From: Chrysomallon squamiferum | Taxonomy: Eukaryota > Animalia > Mollusca | Direction: 5' to 3' | DNA: 64,000 nucleotides | Assembly: GCA_012295275.1 (NCBI GenBank) | Contig: CM022671.1 | Coordinates: forward strand, 22,878,001-22,942,000 | Shown here: one piece after another, positions 14,301-27,800 of the stretch | Layout of the letters: every line of letters begins with the position of its first letter | Position numbering within the stretch: position 1 is the first letter of the stretch | Notes under the pieces: model-generated | What the model saw: only the letters and a program-made list of their open reading frames with translations | The model's database searches: none | Told to the model about the DNA's origin: nothing | Translations under genes and position numbers: made by a program

Positions 14301-16565
14301 AAGTGTATGGAAAACTGAGGAAATCGAACTCCTCACTCTTTGAAGTGGGATCAAAACACAGGATATCAAGAGTATCACGAACAAGAACTTTTCATCAAAT
14401 TTTCAACATTGCGAAAAACTGTTGTGATCCCCTTAATCGCCACCCTGAGCAAGCACGCATTAGATCTTTAAGAATTGTTAGCATGGGCACTTACAAATGC
14501 TTAGTAAATCCTCCAAAGACACTAGTGCCAGGAGACAAGTTGTTCAGAAATCAAAGGTCCTGCAGAGGATGGCTTTAGTATGGGTGGTATTACAATGGGA
14601 GAATTTGGTGATAACTTGCCAGACAAACCGCTGGTTGTTGTTTCCCCAGAAAAGGACTTTGATTTGAATTCTATTCTGTTGAGTTTAGGTGAAACTCCTG
14701 TCAAACTCCATTCATTAGCACATTCCAGTAAATGAATGAAAGGACAGAAAAAAACTAGCATCAGCTACAGTAACATTAAAATGACATCTTAATGTCTGAA
14801 TCCTACCCAGAGCGTGTGCAAATCTTGATTTTGTCACCCTTTACCATTGAAAAGGACAATGAACTGAAGGAGGAAATAATCCAATTTTATGAAAGTGATG
14901 AGAACAGTAGAATGTGTCTGGGAATGAAGGATACAGTGAGCATTTGAAACAAACATAGTGAGAAGGTTAAGCATCAGAAACACCTAGTTCTCTCAAATTT
15001 ATGTGAACTTTATGCATACATGTAGGCATACAATGTCTTACTCGATGATCAAGAAAGATGGTGATCCCTAGCATCCAGAATTGATCATTCAGGTTTTAGT
15101 TAATCAGATGTTAATGGCTGAAAAGGTGTTATTTTCATGTATGTGCATTTTTTAAATCTATATTGTGGCTAAACAAAAAATATTACACCCAGGAAACTTT
15201 TATATGTTTTAGTTAACATGTGGGAGATTAAATTTCAATAAAGGTCATCTCAAGATCACGTGATCCACACGGTCAATTTCAAGGTCATAGCAAAGGTCAA
15301 AAGGTCAAGGTACTCCAGTATTTTCCAAACTGAACAAAAATGGCAGATTTGGAATCCTTGTCATTTTGCCTTTCTAACAATACCAATTTTATGAAGATTG
15401 GCCCAGTAGTTCCTGAGATATGAGGGTTCTAAGGTTGGTGGTCACACCCATTTTTGGCAAAAATCTCAAAATTCCATGGGCCGTATCTCCCACACCACTG
15501 GTCTGATTGGGCTAACATTTCAGATTTGGTGCTGTGGGATCCCAGTCAACAAGTATACCAAGTTTTATAAAAATCTGAGACGGTCGGGTTTAAATTTCTT
15601 TTTTTTTTGGGTGATTTGACACGGAATGACCCATATACATGTTTAAGAAAGATATATCTTGATATGTATATTATGGCCATAACTACATTGAAGCAAATTG
15701 AAGATTTAAAAAAAAAAAATTAAACAAAGATTTTATTTAAAAAATATATAATATAAATCTATTCTGATAGAAACGATATCCACTGAATTAATTCATTTAT
15801 GTCTACAGTTACCATTTGAAGTCTTCTGACATTGTTGTGATGAAAGACATAACTGACTTCAAAGACATCAGACATCAAACAGGTTTATCGAACACCTGAT
15901 GATTTAAGGCATACAGTGACACAGCATCATTTTCACACATTTCAATCTTAACCTAGTTCTTGCCCTGCTGATATGTGTATTTTCATTTAGCCCCCAGACC
16001 CTATCGCCCAAATTTTTGTTTGCCCAGCTCTGCTTGGTGATTAAGTGTTTTTACCTCATTCCAAAAAGAGTCTAGTTACAGCCATGTATATATGCTTCAT
16101 TTTTTAAAATAAAATGTAAAACATGTAAATGTTAAGTTATTGAAAACGTCATTATAAATCAGACAATATTGTTACAATTTATTAACTACCAATTAATTTT
16201 GAATGTTCTCTGCTTTTTATTTTAATCAGTATCATGAATATGTGCAATTATTTGCGAAAAATTAATACGATGATTTAAATGTAGTGACACATTATTTATG
16301 TTATAACATTGCGCTAATAGTTAATTAAAATAAATATGGCCTATTCTCTCTTTTTCCAAAGCCTCAGTTTGATTAACAGGAGAGTAAAGAAGTACTTTTT
16401 TTCATTGTGTTTATTTGTTATCATACCTACTACACAATCTGGACACCAGCTTTTGCCAGTGGAATCAATGTTTCCACAAAATAGTGCATATATTGTTTTT
16501 CCTTTATGTTTTTCTGCTGCATTCTTGTAGGCCTCAATCCCTTCAACTTTAACTTCAATAACCAT
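11325..16565 (-). CDS. TXNDC17: Thioredoxin domain-containing protein 17 (TRP14), 4 coding exons, 122 aa
   Basis: Exons 16565-16427, 12598-12517, 12259-12178 and 11390-11325 join in frame with GT-AG: MVIEVKVEG...GKSWCPDCVVAQPVIE...[59 protein letters not shown]. The WCPDC active site is diagnostic of the family. Confidence 0.96.
12806..15632 (+). mobile_element. Non-autonomous Sola2-like DNA transposon, copy 1 (2827 bp), in the first coding-region intron of TXNDC17
   Basis: Termini GGGTCATTCCGTGTCAAATCACCC...GGGTGATTTGACACGGAATGACCC. TIRs ~12806-13427 and ~15000-15632. TSD ATAT at 12802-12805 and 15633-15636. Internal transposase remnant. 5'-GRG ends, long TIRs and a 4-bp TSD match Sola2. 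Confidence 0.9.
14229..15020 (+). pseudogene. Degenerate Sola2-type transposase N-terminal remnant (copy 1)
   Basis: Across frameshifts and stops it reads [12 protein letters not shown]...LLTL*SG...HEQELFIKF...NCCDPLNRH...LVPGDKL...[16 protein letters not shown]...[25 protein letters not shown]...[16 protein letters not shown]. These motifs resemble Sola2 transposases as I recall them; no catalytic core is present. Confidence 0.75.
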
Positions 16566-17059
16566 TTTCTAAACAAAAAACAAAAATACAAATATTAAAT
16601 AATACAACTATACACTTTTTATTAAAAATTAACAACAAAACAACAACAACAATAACAACCGTAAGATGTATCATTATCAGACAATAAAAACAATCTGCAT
16701 TTTTGAATAGCATTTACTGTGATTTAGCAAGTATTTTATTTTAAAATAAATGATATTGATAACATGTAAAATTAATTATATTATGATTATCTTTTTCATA
16801 ATTTCTAATTTTACTTTTTGGCTTGATGAAATAATCGATATACAAAATTAACAATATATATAGTAATATTATAATATTTAGTATTTACTGATTTAGCATG
16901 GTTCAACATTCGTTACATTGGTTGGTATGATTTACAATTTTACTTATTTAGTGTAATTTATATTTATGATTTTACTATTATTTAATGAATATATAAATAT
17001 GAATATTATTTGAGATTGTTTTTGTTTTTTAAATTATTTAAATGATTTGATTTCTTTTT

Positions 17060-17340
17060 AAAACATACATTCAGAATAATATCAAAATATCAACCCTCAA
17101 CGCCTTCTCTGGTCCGGTTATACTTATTTCTCAACGCGTTTTCATACATATTACGCTTCACTGATTAAAAGAAATAAAAGTAGTGTCAATATCAGTCTAA
17201 AATAAAAGCTAGTTCCGTTTGATTGAAAATTCAGTTTATTATCGAAGAAACTCAGCGAGTCAGTGCTGAGCATTTCTGAGTTAATTTACAATTATTCTCA
17301 GTCTGTCTTAGTTGACATTTTACATTTTAAAAGTAAGCAC
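17060..17340. promoter_or_regulatory. Probable bidirectional promoter and non-coding first exons of TXNDC17 and TADA2A
   Basis: The divergent start codons are ~1.1 kb apart (16565 and 17692), each just after a polypyrimidine/AG acceptor. CpGs are locally retained, with candidate donors near 17069 (- strand GTATGT) and 17333 (+ GTAAGC). Confidence 0.5.
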
Positions 17341-17691
17341 CTGTTGAAAATTAATGCAAATTTAAAAAGTGCACAGCCATGGTTTTAAAAGTTAATAATT
17401 AACAGTTTATTTTATTCTTATTATTACTTATGTTATGTTATTATAATTATTATTATAGTTTATACAATATAATAATATATTAACCGAGACAAGGCACTAC
17501 AAGTAGTAGAATTACAACTAATAATGATGATAATAAAACGTTTATAAAATTATTAATTATTAAATTCTTTAATTTATGCTGATTTCATTTAAATGTAAAT
17601 GTTTCTTTCTTAATTAAATTAGATATTCTAGCTTTTGGGATACCCGGATAGTATTTGTTTTGTCTTTTGGTTTAGCCTGGAACTCTAAAAC

Positions 17692-20600
17692 ATGGAGGAA
17701 AATATTCAGTGTGCAATATGTTGGTCTGATTTAAGTGAGCCATACATTGAATGCATTCAGTGTCGTCCAAAACAGGTGTATATATGTTTGCACTGTTTTG
17801 CCAGAGGTATGCAGACTGAAAGTCATGAGAACAATCATTCATATGTTGTAGTGGTGAGTATTCACTATTTTGTTATTATTATCATTTACAAATTAAATAG
17901 TTATCTTTTGTAATGTATCTGCAAGTGAAGCTGACAGTAATCAACAATGATGTTGGCATAAATAGATAACATCATGAAAACTTGTTTTTACTGTTATAAT
18001 TGACAAGAACAAAAAGAGAAAAAATGAAAATGGCTGCAAACTTGTTTTTCATTATTATTTTTATTTTTTTTTTACACTGTAGAAAAAGGATTTTCCTCTC
18101 TTTGAGAACACCTGGACAGCAAAAGATGAAGAAATGTTATTAAATGCAATAGCTGAATGTGGACTTGGAAACTGGTATTGCCTAAACCATTTTTGATGAT
18201 TATTAATAATATATTAATTAAATTTGAGTTTTATAATATTAAAAAATAATAAGAATAATTCAAAACTGTTATCTTTGAAAAAACTAAAAATGTTTACAGT
18301 TTATGGAAAGTTTCAGATATATATATATATGTGTATTTAATTATAAATTGTTATGTTATCTTGAAATTGTTATTATATGTATCAGAATGCTCACAGAATA
18401 TTTTTATTACACAGGAAAGATATTGCCCAGCAAATGCAGAACAAGACAAGCCGGGATTGTGAAAAACATTACAATAAATATTACATTAATAACCCTCACC
18501 CTTTGTTACCAGGTTAACATCTTTGTTCAGAACATTTTTATACTTAACATCCACCATTTGCTATTTGAAAATCAATATATTATTATTATACAGAGAGTGA
18601 ATAGATATTTTATATTTAATCATATTTAATTTTATAAAGTTAAAAAATTCATAAACATGTGATTACTAATTGTTACTTTTAAAAAAAAATTAAATGTTAA
18701 AATAAAGAAGTAATAATTATAATTAAAACATATATAAAATCTTGATTATTTGGAAAAATCTTTTGCAGGGATCTTATGTTGTGTAAAATCATGCTCATGA
18801 TGCCATAGCTTATTCTTTTGCTTTATAATACTAATAAATATGTTTTATTATTTAGAATTTGCTGAAGCAGATATACATAAATATCCAGCACCAATTACTT
18901 TTAAATGTAAGTATTTTAAATAATTTTTTATAATGCTTTAAAGGAAATTTCATTCTTCTGACCAGAAATAAAGTTCTATAAATAGCTTTGTTTCAGATGT
19001 TAAAGAAAAACTAATTATGTGTTGTATTAATTTTTATGAACATTTTAAGAATGGAATAAATATTTATTCCAAAGCAAGAATTAAAGTAACATTAATAGGT
19101 TACTAAAGTAATGCAACTTTATTCCTGTGTTTCTTAGAGAAATGGCTGTGCTTGTTTTGTTTTGTTTTTTCTTATTGTTATGTTGTTAAATCTAATATAA
19201 TTTTATTTCTTGTTACAAGTATCAGTTTTGCTTTATATTATTTTTATACAGTAACAGTGTATTATGTATTTGAACAGTGTAATTTCTGAATTTAGGAGCA
19301 TCACTTTTGCTTTTTGTCATTTTTGTGCTTGTTAGAACTTTCATAATCATGTTTAATATATCTAGTCTCATAAATAAGGAGTATTAATTGATTTTATTTG
19401 TAATGTATTAATTTTATCTTACAGTTACAGTTGTGTTTAATATTTCCAGTATCTGAAATAAATAGTATTAATTAATTTTATTTTTATCATATTATCACAT
19501 AATTACAATTGTTTACTTGTGTTTACAGTATCTGAAGATCCTCCTCGGCCTCCTGATAACTCAGTTTTGTTCAGCGACATGGCAGGCTACATGGCAGCTA
19601 GGGGAGATTTTCTTGTTGAACATGACAACTACTTTGAGATGGAGCTCAACAACATCACTCAGGATGATGATGAAGATGAACTAGATGAAAGTATGTTTCA
19701 CAGCTCCAAAATTACTATTAAAAAGTTTCAAACTGAAATGTTTGTCATAAAAGAGAGACAGTCAGACAGTTGATTTCTAATAGCTAACTAAATGAGAAAT
19801 AAGTCATTAATATTTCAAATAAAAAAGAGAGTTCTCCCTTGGATGAAATTTACTCATTAAATCTGTGGTCTCACTTTATTCTGTTTATTTTTTTTCAATA
19901 AAACATGTTTTGCCTAAAATATATTTGTAGATTTTTCCATCCATTTCAGGATTGAAATTTGCTGTACTTGACAGTTATTACTGTTGCCTTAAAGAAAGAC
20001 AGAGAAGAAAAAGGTTAGTGCTGTGTTAATTTTTTAATGTATTAAAAACTAACTTCCTATTAACTCAGAGTTTTGGATTATGTCATTTATAATTTATATA
20101 ATTCTTTGGGATTTTGTCCATTTACGACAATATAACATTGAAATTACTATTGTTAATTTGTTCAATATGTATATTTTGCTTGTATTTCCATACATGTGGA
20201 AAATCTTACATAGATGCTTTTTATATTTTGCAGAATAATTCGTGATTATGGATTAATAAACATAAACAAAATATTTGGTAAGTCAAGTATTTTTGCCAGA
20301 TAATGTATTTGTCAAATCAACTATGGATAACATTTTTTTTAATAGATTCTGAAATTGTCTTTTAAGTATAATCTTTTATCAACATTTTATGTATTTATTA
20401 AAAATAAAGTTAGATACTCATGACATTTTAAACGTTAAAAGGATTTTTATAAAAATTTTAATTTATGTTTTCATTAACATATAAATACAAAGATACTAAT
20501 TTTGTATTGTTTGTTAAGATTCTTAAAGAGAAAGTTTTTAATATTTGTTTTTATTTTAGCCCTTAATCGGAGATTTGACAAGACACTTCGGGGATATATT

Positions 20601-22716
20601 GAGAACCTTTGTGTTTTTACCAGACTGATGGAGCCCATGGAATGGGACTTGTTTATTGAATCCCTTCATTGTAAGTGTAATAACCTTGAATAAAGTTTTA
20701 AATCACTATAGTTTACTAAAGAAATAAATGTGTGACTGTTATATAGATCACCTCATAATATAATAAATAAGAACTGCTCTAAGATTTAAATAAATTTGGA
20801 AGAAGGAAATTTCAAATGGCCATACTTTACTGTTTCAGGTAATTAAATAGTGATGTTTTACATATTCATTAACATAAATTGTGTTGATTTAACATTAAAG
20901 TAAATTATTGTTTTAATATGGGACAAAAAGTTAATACTTTTGATATTTTTCAGTAATGTTCACTGAATATTTATTAACTTGAATCTTCTTTTGTGTCAAG
21001 AGAATTGAATAAGTAAAGAAGATATTTTGATTTAGATAAATAAAATTAAGATTTTTCTGTAAAACTTGTTATTATTTAAAATTAATAAATAATCAAACAA
21101 AAATAACTAAATAAATAATAAAATAAATCAACAATTTCACAAACAAACAAATATCTGGATTAAAAATATTTACTGTCATTGTATTTGAATGCAAAGGTTC
21201 ATATATAACAGTTGTAATATTTTATTTTTTATTTTCAGATGAACAGGAGATAAAAAATGAACTGCGACACCTGCAGTCTTACAGAAGAAATGGCCTGACG
21301 AAACTTCGTCACATCAAAACATTTGTACCACTCAAATCAAGACGAGAAGTCTGCAAACGACAGAGACATCTTCTGTCTGACCTCCTCAGTCACATTGAGG
21401 TGAGTTTTATTTTAAAATGTAAACAATAATAAAAACTACTTTTAATTACAAAATTCAAAATAAGTTTATAACTTTAGATTACCATTTCGGAACAATTACA
21501 TAAATAATTATTTGAACATTGCTTGTTATTATTAATATTTTGTATTATAATAATTCAAAAGAGAATTTTGTGGATAGGTTTTACGGGGACTTTTTGCACA
21601 GTTTAAACCACTATATTATTTAAAAAGTACATTGTGTGCACACATTATCAGGAACATTTTAATTTTTAAATATAAAATGCACATTTTATAGATAGACATA
21701 TAGATGTGACAGCATATATATATATATATGTATAGGTCTACAGGTACATGTACACACACATACACACATACATATATACATACATACTGTTATATGTTTT
21801 GTTATTTCAGGATGAAGTAGCTTGTACCAACTGGCTACAGAGACAAGTAGTTATTGAAAAAGCTGCCAAAGGCCTACCTATACCTTTACCTTCAGCACGT
21901 TAGTAAACTTCTTTTTTAATCACATTATGAGATATTGATTTACTGTTTTTTGTAATAAGTTGTATGATTTAAAAATATGCTGATTTGTTGGATTATTTTT
22001 TTAGAAAAATACTTTTTAAACTTTATCCTCTTATACCTTAATTGGTAACTATGGACAGTAATGTTAATAGTTTACATACTACAATACTGAACAGATGCTG
22101 TATTAAATTCCACATGAATGTAATGATTTTATTGTGTGTTTAATTTCAGCAAGAAGATCTGCACCACCTCTTGATATTGTTGGACTTCCAGGTTATGAGA
22201 AACTTAATCCAAGAGAAAGAAATGTAAGTTAATGATTCAAGTGAAAAATATTTTCTTTATCTCCAAATTTAAATATGTTCAGTATCAAAAAAACTACACA
22301 AAAAAAAAAAAAAAACAAAAACAAAAAAACAGAAGTCACAAAAAATTTAAAAAATAATTTAAAAAGTACCTTAATAAAACCATATCAAAGTCATAATTTT
22401 GAAAATAAAAGATTATGAAAAAATTATTTTTAATTCTTTTATTCAACACATACTTTAATATACATGATTTTTATATATATCTTATTGTTTTCATTAACTA
22501 TAATTGTATTATTTCCTTTTTCAGTTATGTGCTGTGGTTCGTCTCATACCTGAAGCATTCATAGAGTTTCGTGATCTCCTTATCAGTGAATGTAAAAAAT
22601 TTGGATGTCTCAAACTTGCTCAAGCAAGGACATTGGTGAAAATTGATGTCAATAAGACTAGAAAGTTGTATGACTTTCTTGTCACTGAAGGGAAGATTAA
22701 TAAAGACCCTTTCTGA
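17692..22716 (+). CDS. TADA2A: Transcriptional adaptor 2-alpha (ATAC complex; ZZ-type zinc finger, SANT, SWIRM), 12 coding exons
   Basis: Exons 17692-17853, 18083-18174, 18415-18512, 18856-18906, 19529-19690, 19950-20013, 20234-20277, 20560-20670, 21239-21399, 21811-21898, 22150-22223, 22525-22716. Motifs: CAICWSDLSEPYIECIQC, WTAKDEEMLLNAIAECGLGNW, DMAGYMAARGDF, RRSAPPLDIVGLPGYEKL, LKLAQARTLVKIDVNKTRKLYDFL. Confidence 0.95.
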
Positions 22717-23351
22717 AATTGTTGTTAGATTATTATTATTATTTTTTTTTTTCATAAATATGTATGTGGATATATGGAATCCTTTAGGAATTTTGACTGG
22801 TGAATCAAAACACCATCTGCATTTTTGATAAAACAATTCCTATTTATGAATGTAATCAGATACTTATTTATGTACCAAACTGTCAATATAAATATGTCAG
22901 TGAAAGAATTAAACAGATAGTGCAATATGAGTATTAATTATTCCTAAAGAAATAAAAATAAAAATAAACAGACTGGATGAGAGAGAGAAAAAAATACTGT
23001 AACAGTTTCAGTGTTGGGGATGGTTAGCACTTGCATGTATTACTATCTGGGGAAAACTGAAGTGCTGTAGAAAGTTTTTCAATAAATTAATTATTACCAT
23101 ATGATTATTTTATTATTTATTACATACAGTAATTTAGAAATTATATAATACATACATATATATATATATTTTACTGTAACATATTTCAAAAATTCAGTTG
23201 ATTACAAAATGGCATATTGGTTGAATTGTAATAAATCTGTATATTAATATAAAAAAATAATAAAACAAAAATTAACAACTAATAAATAAAATAAATAAAT
23301 ATATATTTAATATACACACAGACACATACAAAGATACATATATACATACAT

Positions 23352-23385
<34 letters not shown>

Positions 23386-23639
23386 ATGTGTTTGGATGTA
23401 TTTGAAATACGAAGAAATAATATTACAATTCAACGACTTTATTAGACAACTACATTTTACAGATGTTGAATTATGTGGTTAGTTTTTAAGCTCAAATAAT
23501 CCTTGCATGCTCCTGCTCTACTGACCTAGTCATTAAACATACTCTTGTATTAGAGTGACTTCCCTTAGGTAAAAGAACAACATACTCACATGGCGGGGAT
23601 CTGAAAAAGAAGAGTCCGTTTTGATCAGCTTTTTAGAAA

Positions 23640-23790
23640 ATGGCTCAGGTTAAATCACTTTGTTAATATTATTACTTTTTTTAATGAAAACATACTGCTA
23701 TGACAATCATAAATTGGTTTAATCAAAACCTGAAATTTATTTATTTAACACACGGAAAAATGAGACTTCAGTCAAGTCGATGACGCTTTG

Positions 23791-23856
<66 letters not shown>

Positions 23857-23879
23857 TTTGTTGTGATTCTACAAAATTA

Positions 23880-23914
<35 letters not shown>

Positions 23915-24104
23915 TCTTAATCTATTTTTAACCTTCTAGATTTACTATGTAATGACTACCGTCATATTATGATATTAGACGTACAATGACTTACGACTTA
24001 TGTTGTTGATTCAATGATAGTAACATAATTCTGACATTATAAGAAGTACATGAATTTAATATCGTTGTTAGGAATGTACTGGCGAAATGATATGCATGAA
24101 AGGA

Positions 24105-24136
<32 letters not shown>

Positions 24137-24861
24137 AATGTAAAATTGAATAAAACTGGCCATTATAATGCATTCCAAATATTTGAAATAGTGCTGGGTG
24201 CAAATAATGGTATTTTGTCCTATGCTTTATCATAGCAAGATTTCAGAAATATCTAGAATTTAATGTATTTACAGGACAGATGTCAGCAGGTTCGTCAGCT
24301 TCTTCACACTACTGTATTTGCCCAGAGTTTTTCACCCTGTGGCAAATATTTGGCAGCTGCAAATAATTATGGTCAGATTGCCATATTCAGGTGAGCCATT
24401 TTTCTTTTCTTTACCATTGATGCCAGTCATTAATCAAATAAAAAATAAAAAACCCCAGATATTTTATATTCCATTATTAAAGTTTAAGATTACATTTAAT
24501 ATTACTCTATTAGTTTTATTAAACCTTTAGGAGTAGGTTTACATATGATCAATACTTCTAGACTGTTACAGATGAAAGAACAGAAATATTAAATCTGTGC
24601 TAAAGAAATAATTCCAGAAGTAAAAATGAATATAAATTCTCTTATTATTTTTAGTTTTTAATTTTTCTGTAATTGACTTAATAAAATAATTGAGTCATAA
24701 AACTGCATATTGATTATTTGTATTTACTATTATTATTATAAGTGATATTATTATTTTATTATTATTTATATTATAACTATTTTAATTATTAATTATTTAA
24801 TTATTATAGCTTTTGTTGTTGCTTTTATTATTATTATTATTATTATTAGTAGTAGTATTAC

Positions 24862-24897
<36 letters not shown>

Positions 24898-27800
24898 AGT
24901 CTTGCTGTAGCTCTCTCACCAGACGCCTCACCAGAATCCTGTTTACCAGTGTTTGTCTTCAAAGGTATGAAAACTGAAATTGCTAATTGTTAATCTTATT
25001 TATAACAAATGGTTTTATAAAGAATATTCTAGAAAAAAGTTTGTATGGATTGTGTGAATTGTTATAATATTTGTATCAAATTTTAATTGTATTTCATAAA
25101 TTATAGATTTTCGATCATATTTTAAATGGATTTTAAAAACAAGCATCTATTAGTATTACAGTCTCTGTTTTGTACATTTACTCTTTTAGTCTTTATAAAT
25201 TTACATTTTTTAATTATTTATTTGTTTATAATTTTTTTTAAAAGGGATATTCTGAGAAAATGAATACTTTGCTTATATTTTACATCTTTATGTGGTTACA
25301 TATAATTATTATCACAATATTTAATTTTTAATTTTTTAATTTTTAAGCAAATGAACAAGGATCAATTTACAGTCTCATTTCGACAGATACTCTGCTACTA
25401 AGGTATGTAATTTAATATGTTAGATTTCAAATTAATTAAAAATAAAATAAAATTATATTGAAGCCAATAAGGTGTTTTAAGGAACTAAAAATATAAATTT
25501 AATTCCAGTGGCTGAATTTTAGGAAAAAATAACATTGAATTATACTCTCCCAATAAAACTTTTTTTTTACAGTTAGCTGGCCTGAATAATCTTATGTGGT
25601 TCATATATATATATTTTGTATAGTTTTGTTAAGTTTTCTGGAAGAAACCTGGTTATTTTTATAACAGGCCATATTAACATATAGTGTGCAACATTAGGTA
25701 ATACAGGTTAGCAAATACTACAGTCATAACAAATGGACAACAGACATATATATGATGACTGTCAGTTTTAATTAAATTTTTTTTGGTTTTTATCATAGTT
25801 GATAAAATGTACTGGAAGCTCTACAAAAAAGAAATGTTAGAAATAAATAACACACATTGTTAATGTCAGTAACATTAATTTGCATTATTATTATAAATAT
25901 ATTAATTTCATATTTTACAGAAGGGTCATTCCGTGTCAAATCACCCAATGGTTTAAACCCGACCGTCTCAGATTTTTATGAAACTTGGTATACTTGTTGA
26001 CTGGGATCCCACAGCACCAAATCTGAAATATTAGCCCAATCAGACCAGTGGTGTGGGAGATATGGCCCACGGAATTTTGAGATTTTTGCCAAAAATGGGC
26101 GTGACCACCAACCTTAGAACCCTCATATCTCAGGAACTACTGGGCCAATCTTCATAAAATTGGTATTGTTAGAAAGGCAAAATGACAAGGATACCAAATC
26201 TGCCATTTTTGTTTAGTTTGGAAAATATTGGAGTACCTTGACCTTTTGACCTTTGCTATGACCTTGAAATTGACCATGTGGATCACGTGATCTTGAGATG
26301 ACCTTTATTGAAATTTAATCTCCCACATGTTAACTAAAACATATAAAAGTTTCCTGGGTGTAATATTTTTTGTTTAGCCACAATATAGATTTAAAAAATG
26401 CACATACATGAAAATAACACCTTTTCAGCCATTAACATCTGATTAACTAAAACCTGAATGATCAATTCTGGATGCTAGGAATCACCATCTCTCTTAATCA
26501 TCGAGTAAGACATTGTAGGCCTACATGTATGCATAAAGTTCACATATAAAAGTTTCCTGGGTATAATATTTTTTGTTTAGCCATAATAGATTTAAAAAAA
26601 TGCATACCTGCATGGATGATTGATACAATGCATTACAATGTACATTTTTTCTGAGACTAAAAATTCATCTTTGGAGTTAAAACCCACCTGACATGTCTGA
26701 AGGAATGCCTGAAGGATATGAAAAGATGCCAAATGGCATGACATGTTCTACACAATCAGGCTCAAAGGGTTAACAGGAAGTGATGCTTCAGGCAGGTCAG
26801 GAACTCCTTTAGATTCCCTGGTGCAATCCCCATTGAGCACATGGTAATTTGAAGTTTAAGACAAAGAAGTTTCTTCATCTGCATTTCTTTGACAATCTGA
26901 AGCTTTTTAAGTTGGACACAATGTCAGATGTTGATACATAAACAATATTTTTATTTCATAAAACCTATTAAGTAATTGTATCATGTCATGTGGGCCTTGC
27001 CATTGGTTTTGAACAAGGTTTCAGTCAACAACAGTACAACCCAGTCTGAAATCAGACATCATCAAGTGATGTACTGCATAATGTATTTGTACACCCAGTC
27101 TTTGGCACAGATTATGAACAAGGTCTACTTCACCTTAATAAACTGTGATTTATACTTGAGAAGATTGACATAAATGCCCAAGACTTGTGGGCCTTTGGCA
27201 ATAACACATGTACTCTGCTGCCATTTTATGACCTGCTTAACTTTACTGAAAGGGTTTCAGGATTTGATTTAATATTTAGGAAAGCACTGACTTTGTTCTA
27301 TTGAATTGAAGGTGCAGGCCAATACTGAAAATCCTTATTTCTTCCAGAGCTAACTGCAGCTTTAACTCTCCTGAAAATGTGTGTTATCAACACCATCATA
27401 TCAAAAAGGAGTTGTTGCGAAGTGTATGGAAAACTGAGGAAATCGAACTCCTCACTCTTTGAAGTGGGATCAAAACACGGGACATCAAGAGTATCATGAA
27501 CAAGAACTTTTCATCAAATTTTCAACATCGCAGAAAAACTGTTGTGATCCCCTTAATCGCCACCCTGAGCAAGCACGCACTAGATCTTTAAGAATTGTTA
27601 GCATGGGCACTTACAAATGCTTAGTAAATCCTCCAAAGACACTAGTGCCAGGAGACAAGTTGTGCTGCGACTGTCTGATTACCCTTCAGAAATCAAAGGT
27701 CCTGCAGAGGATGGCTTTAGTATGGGTGGTATTACAATGGGAGAATTTGGTGATAACTTGCCAGACAAACCGCTGGTTGTTGTTTCCCTAGAAAAGGACT

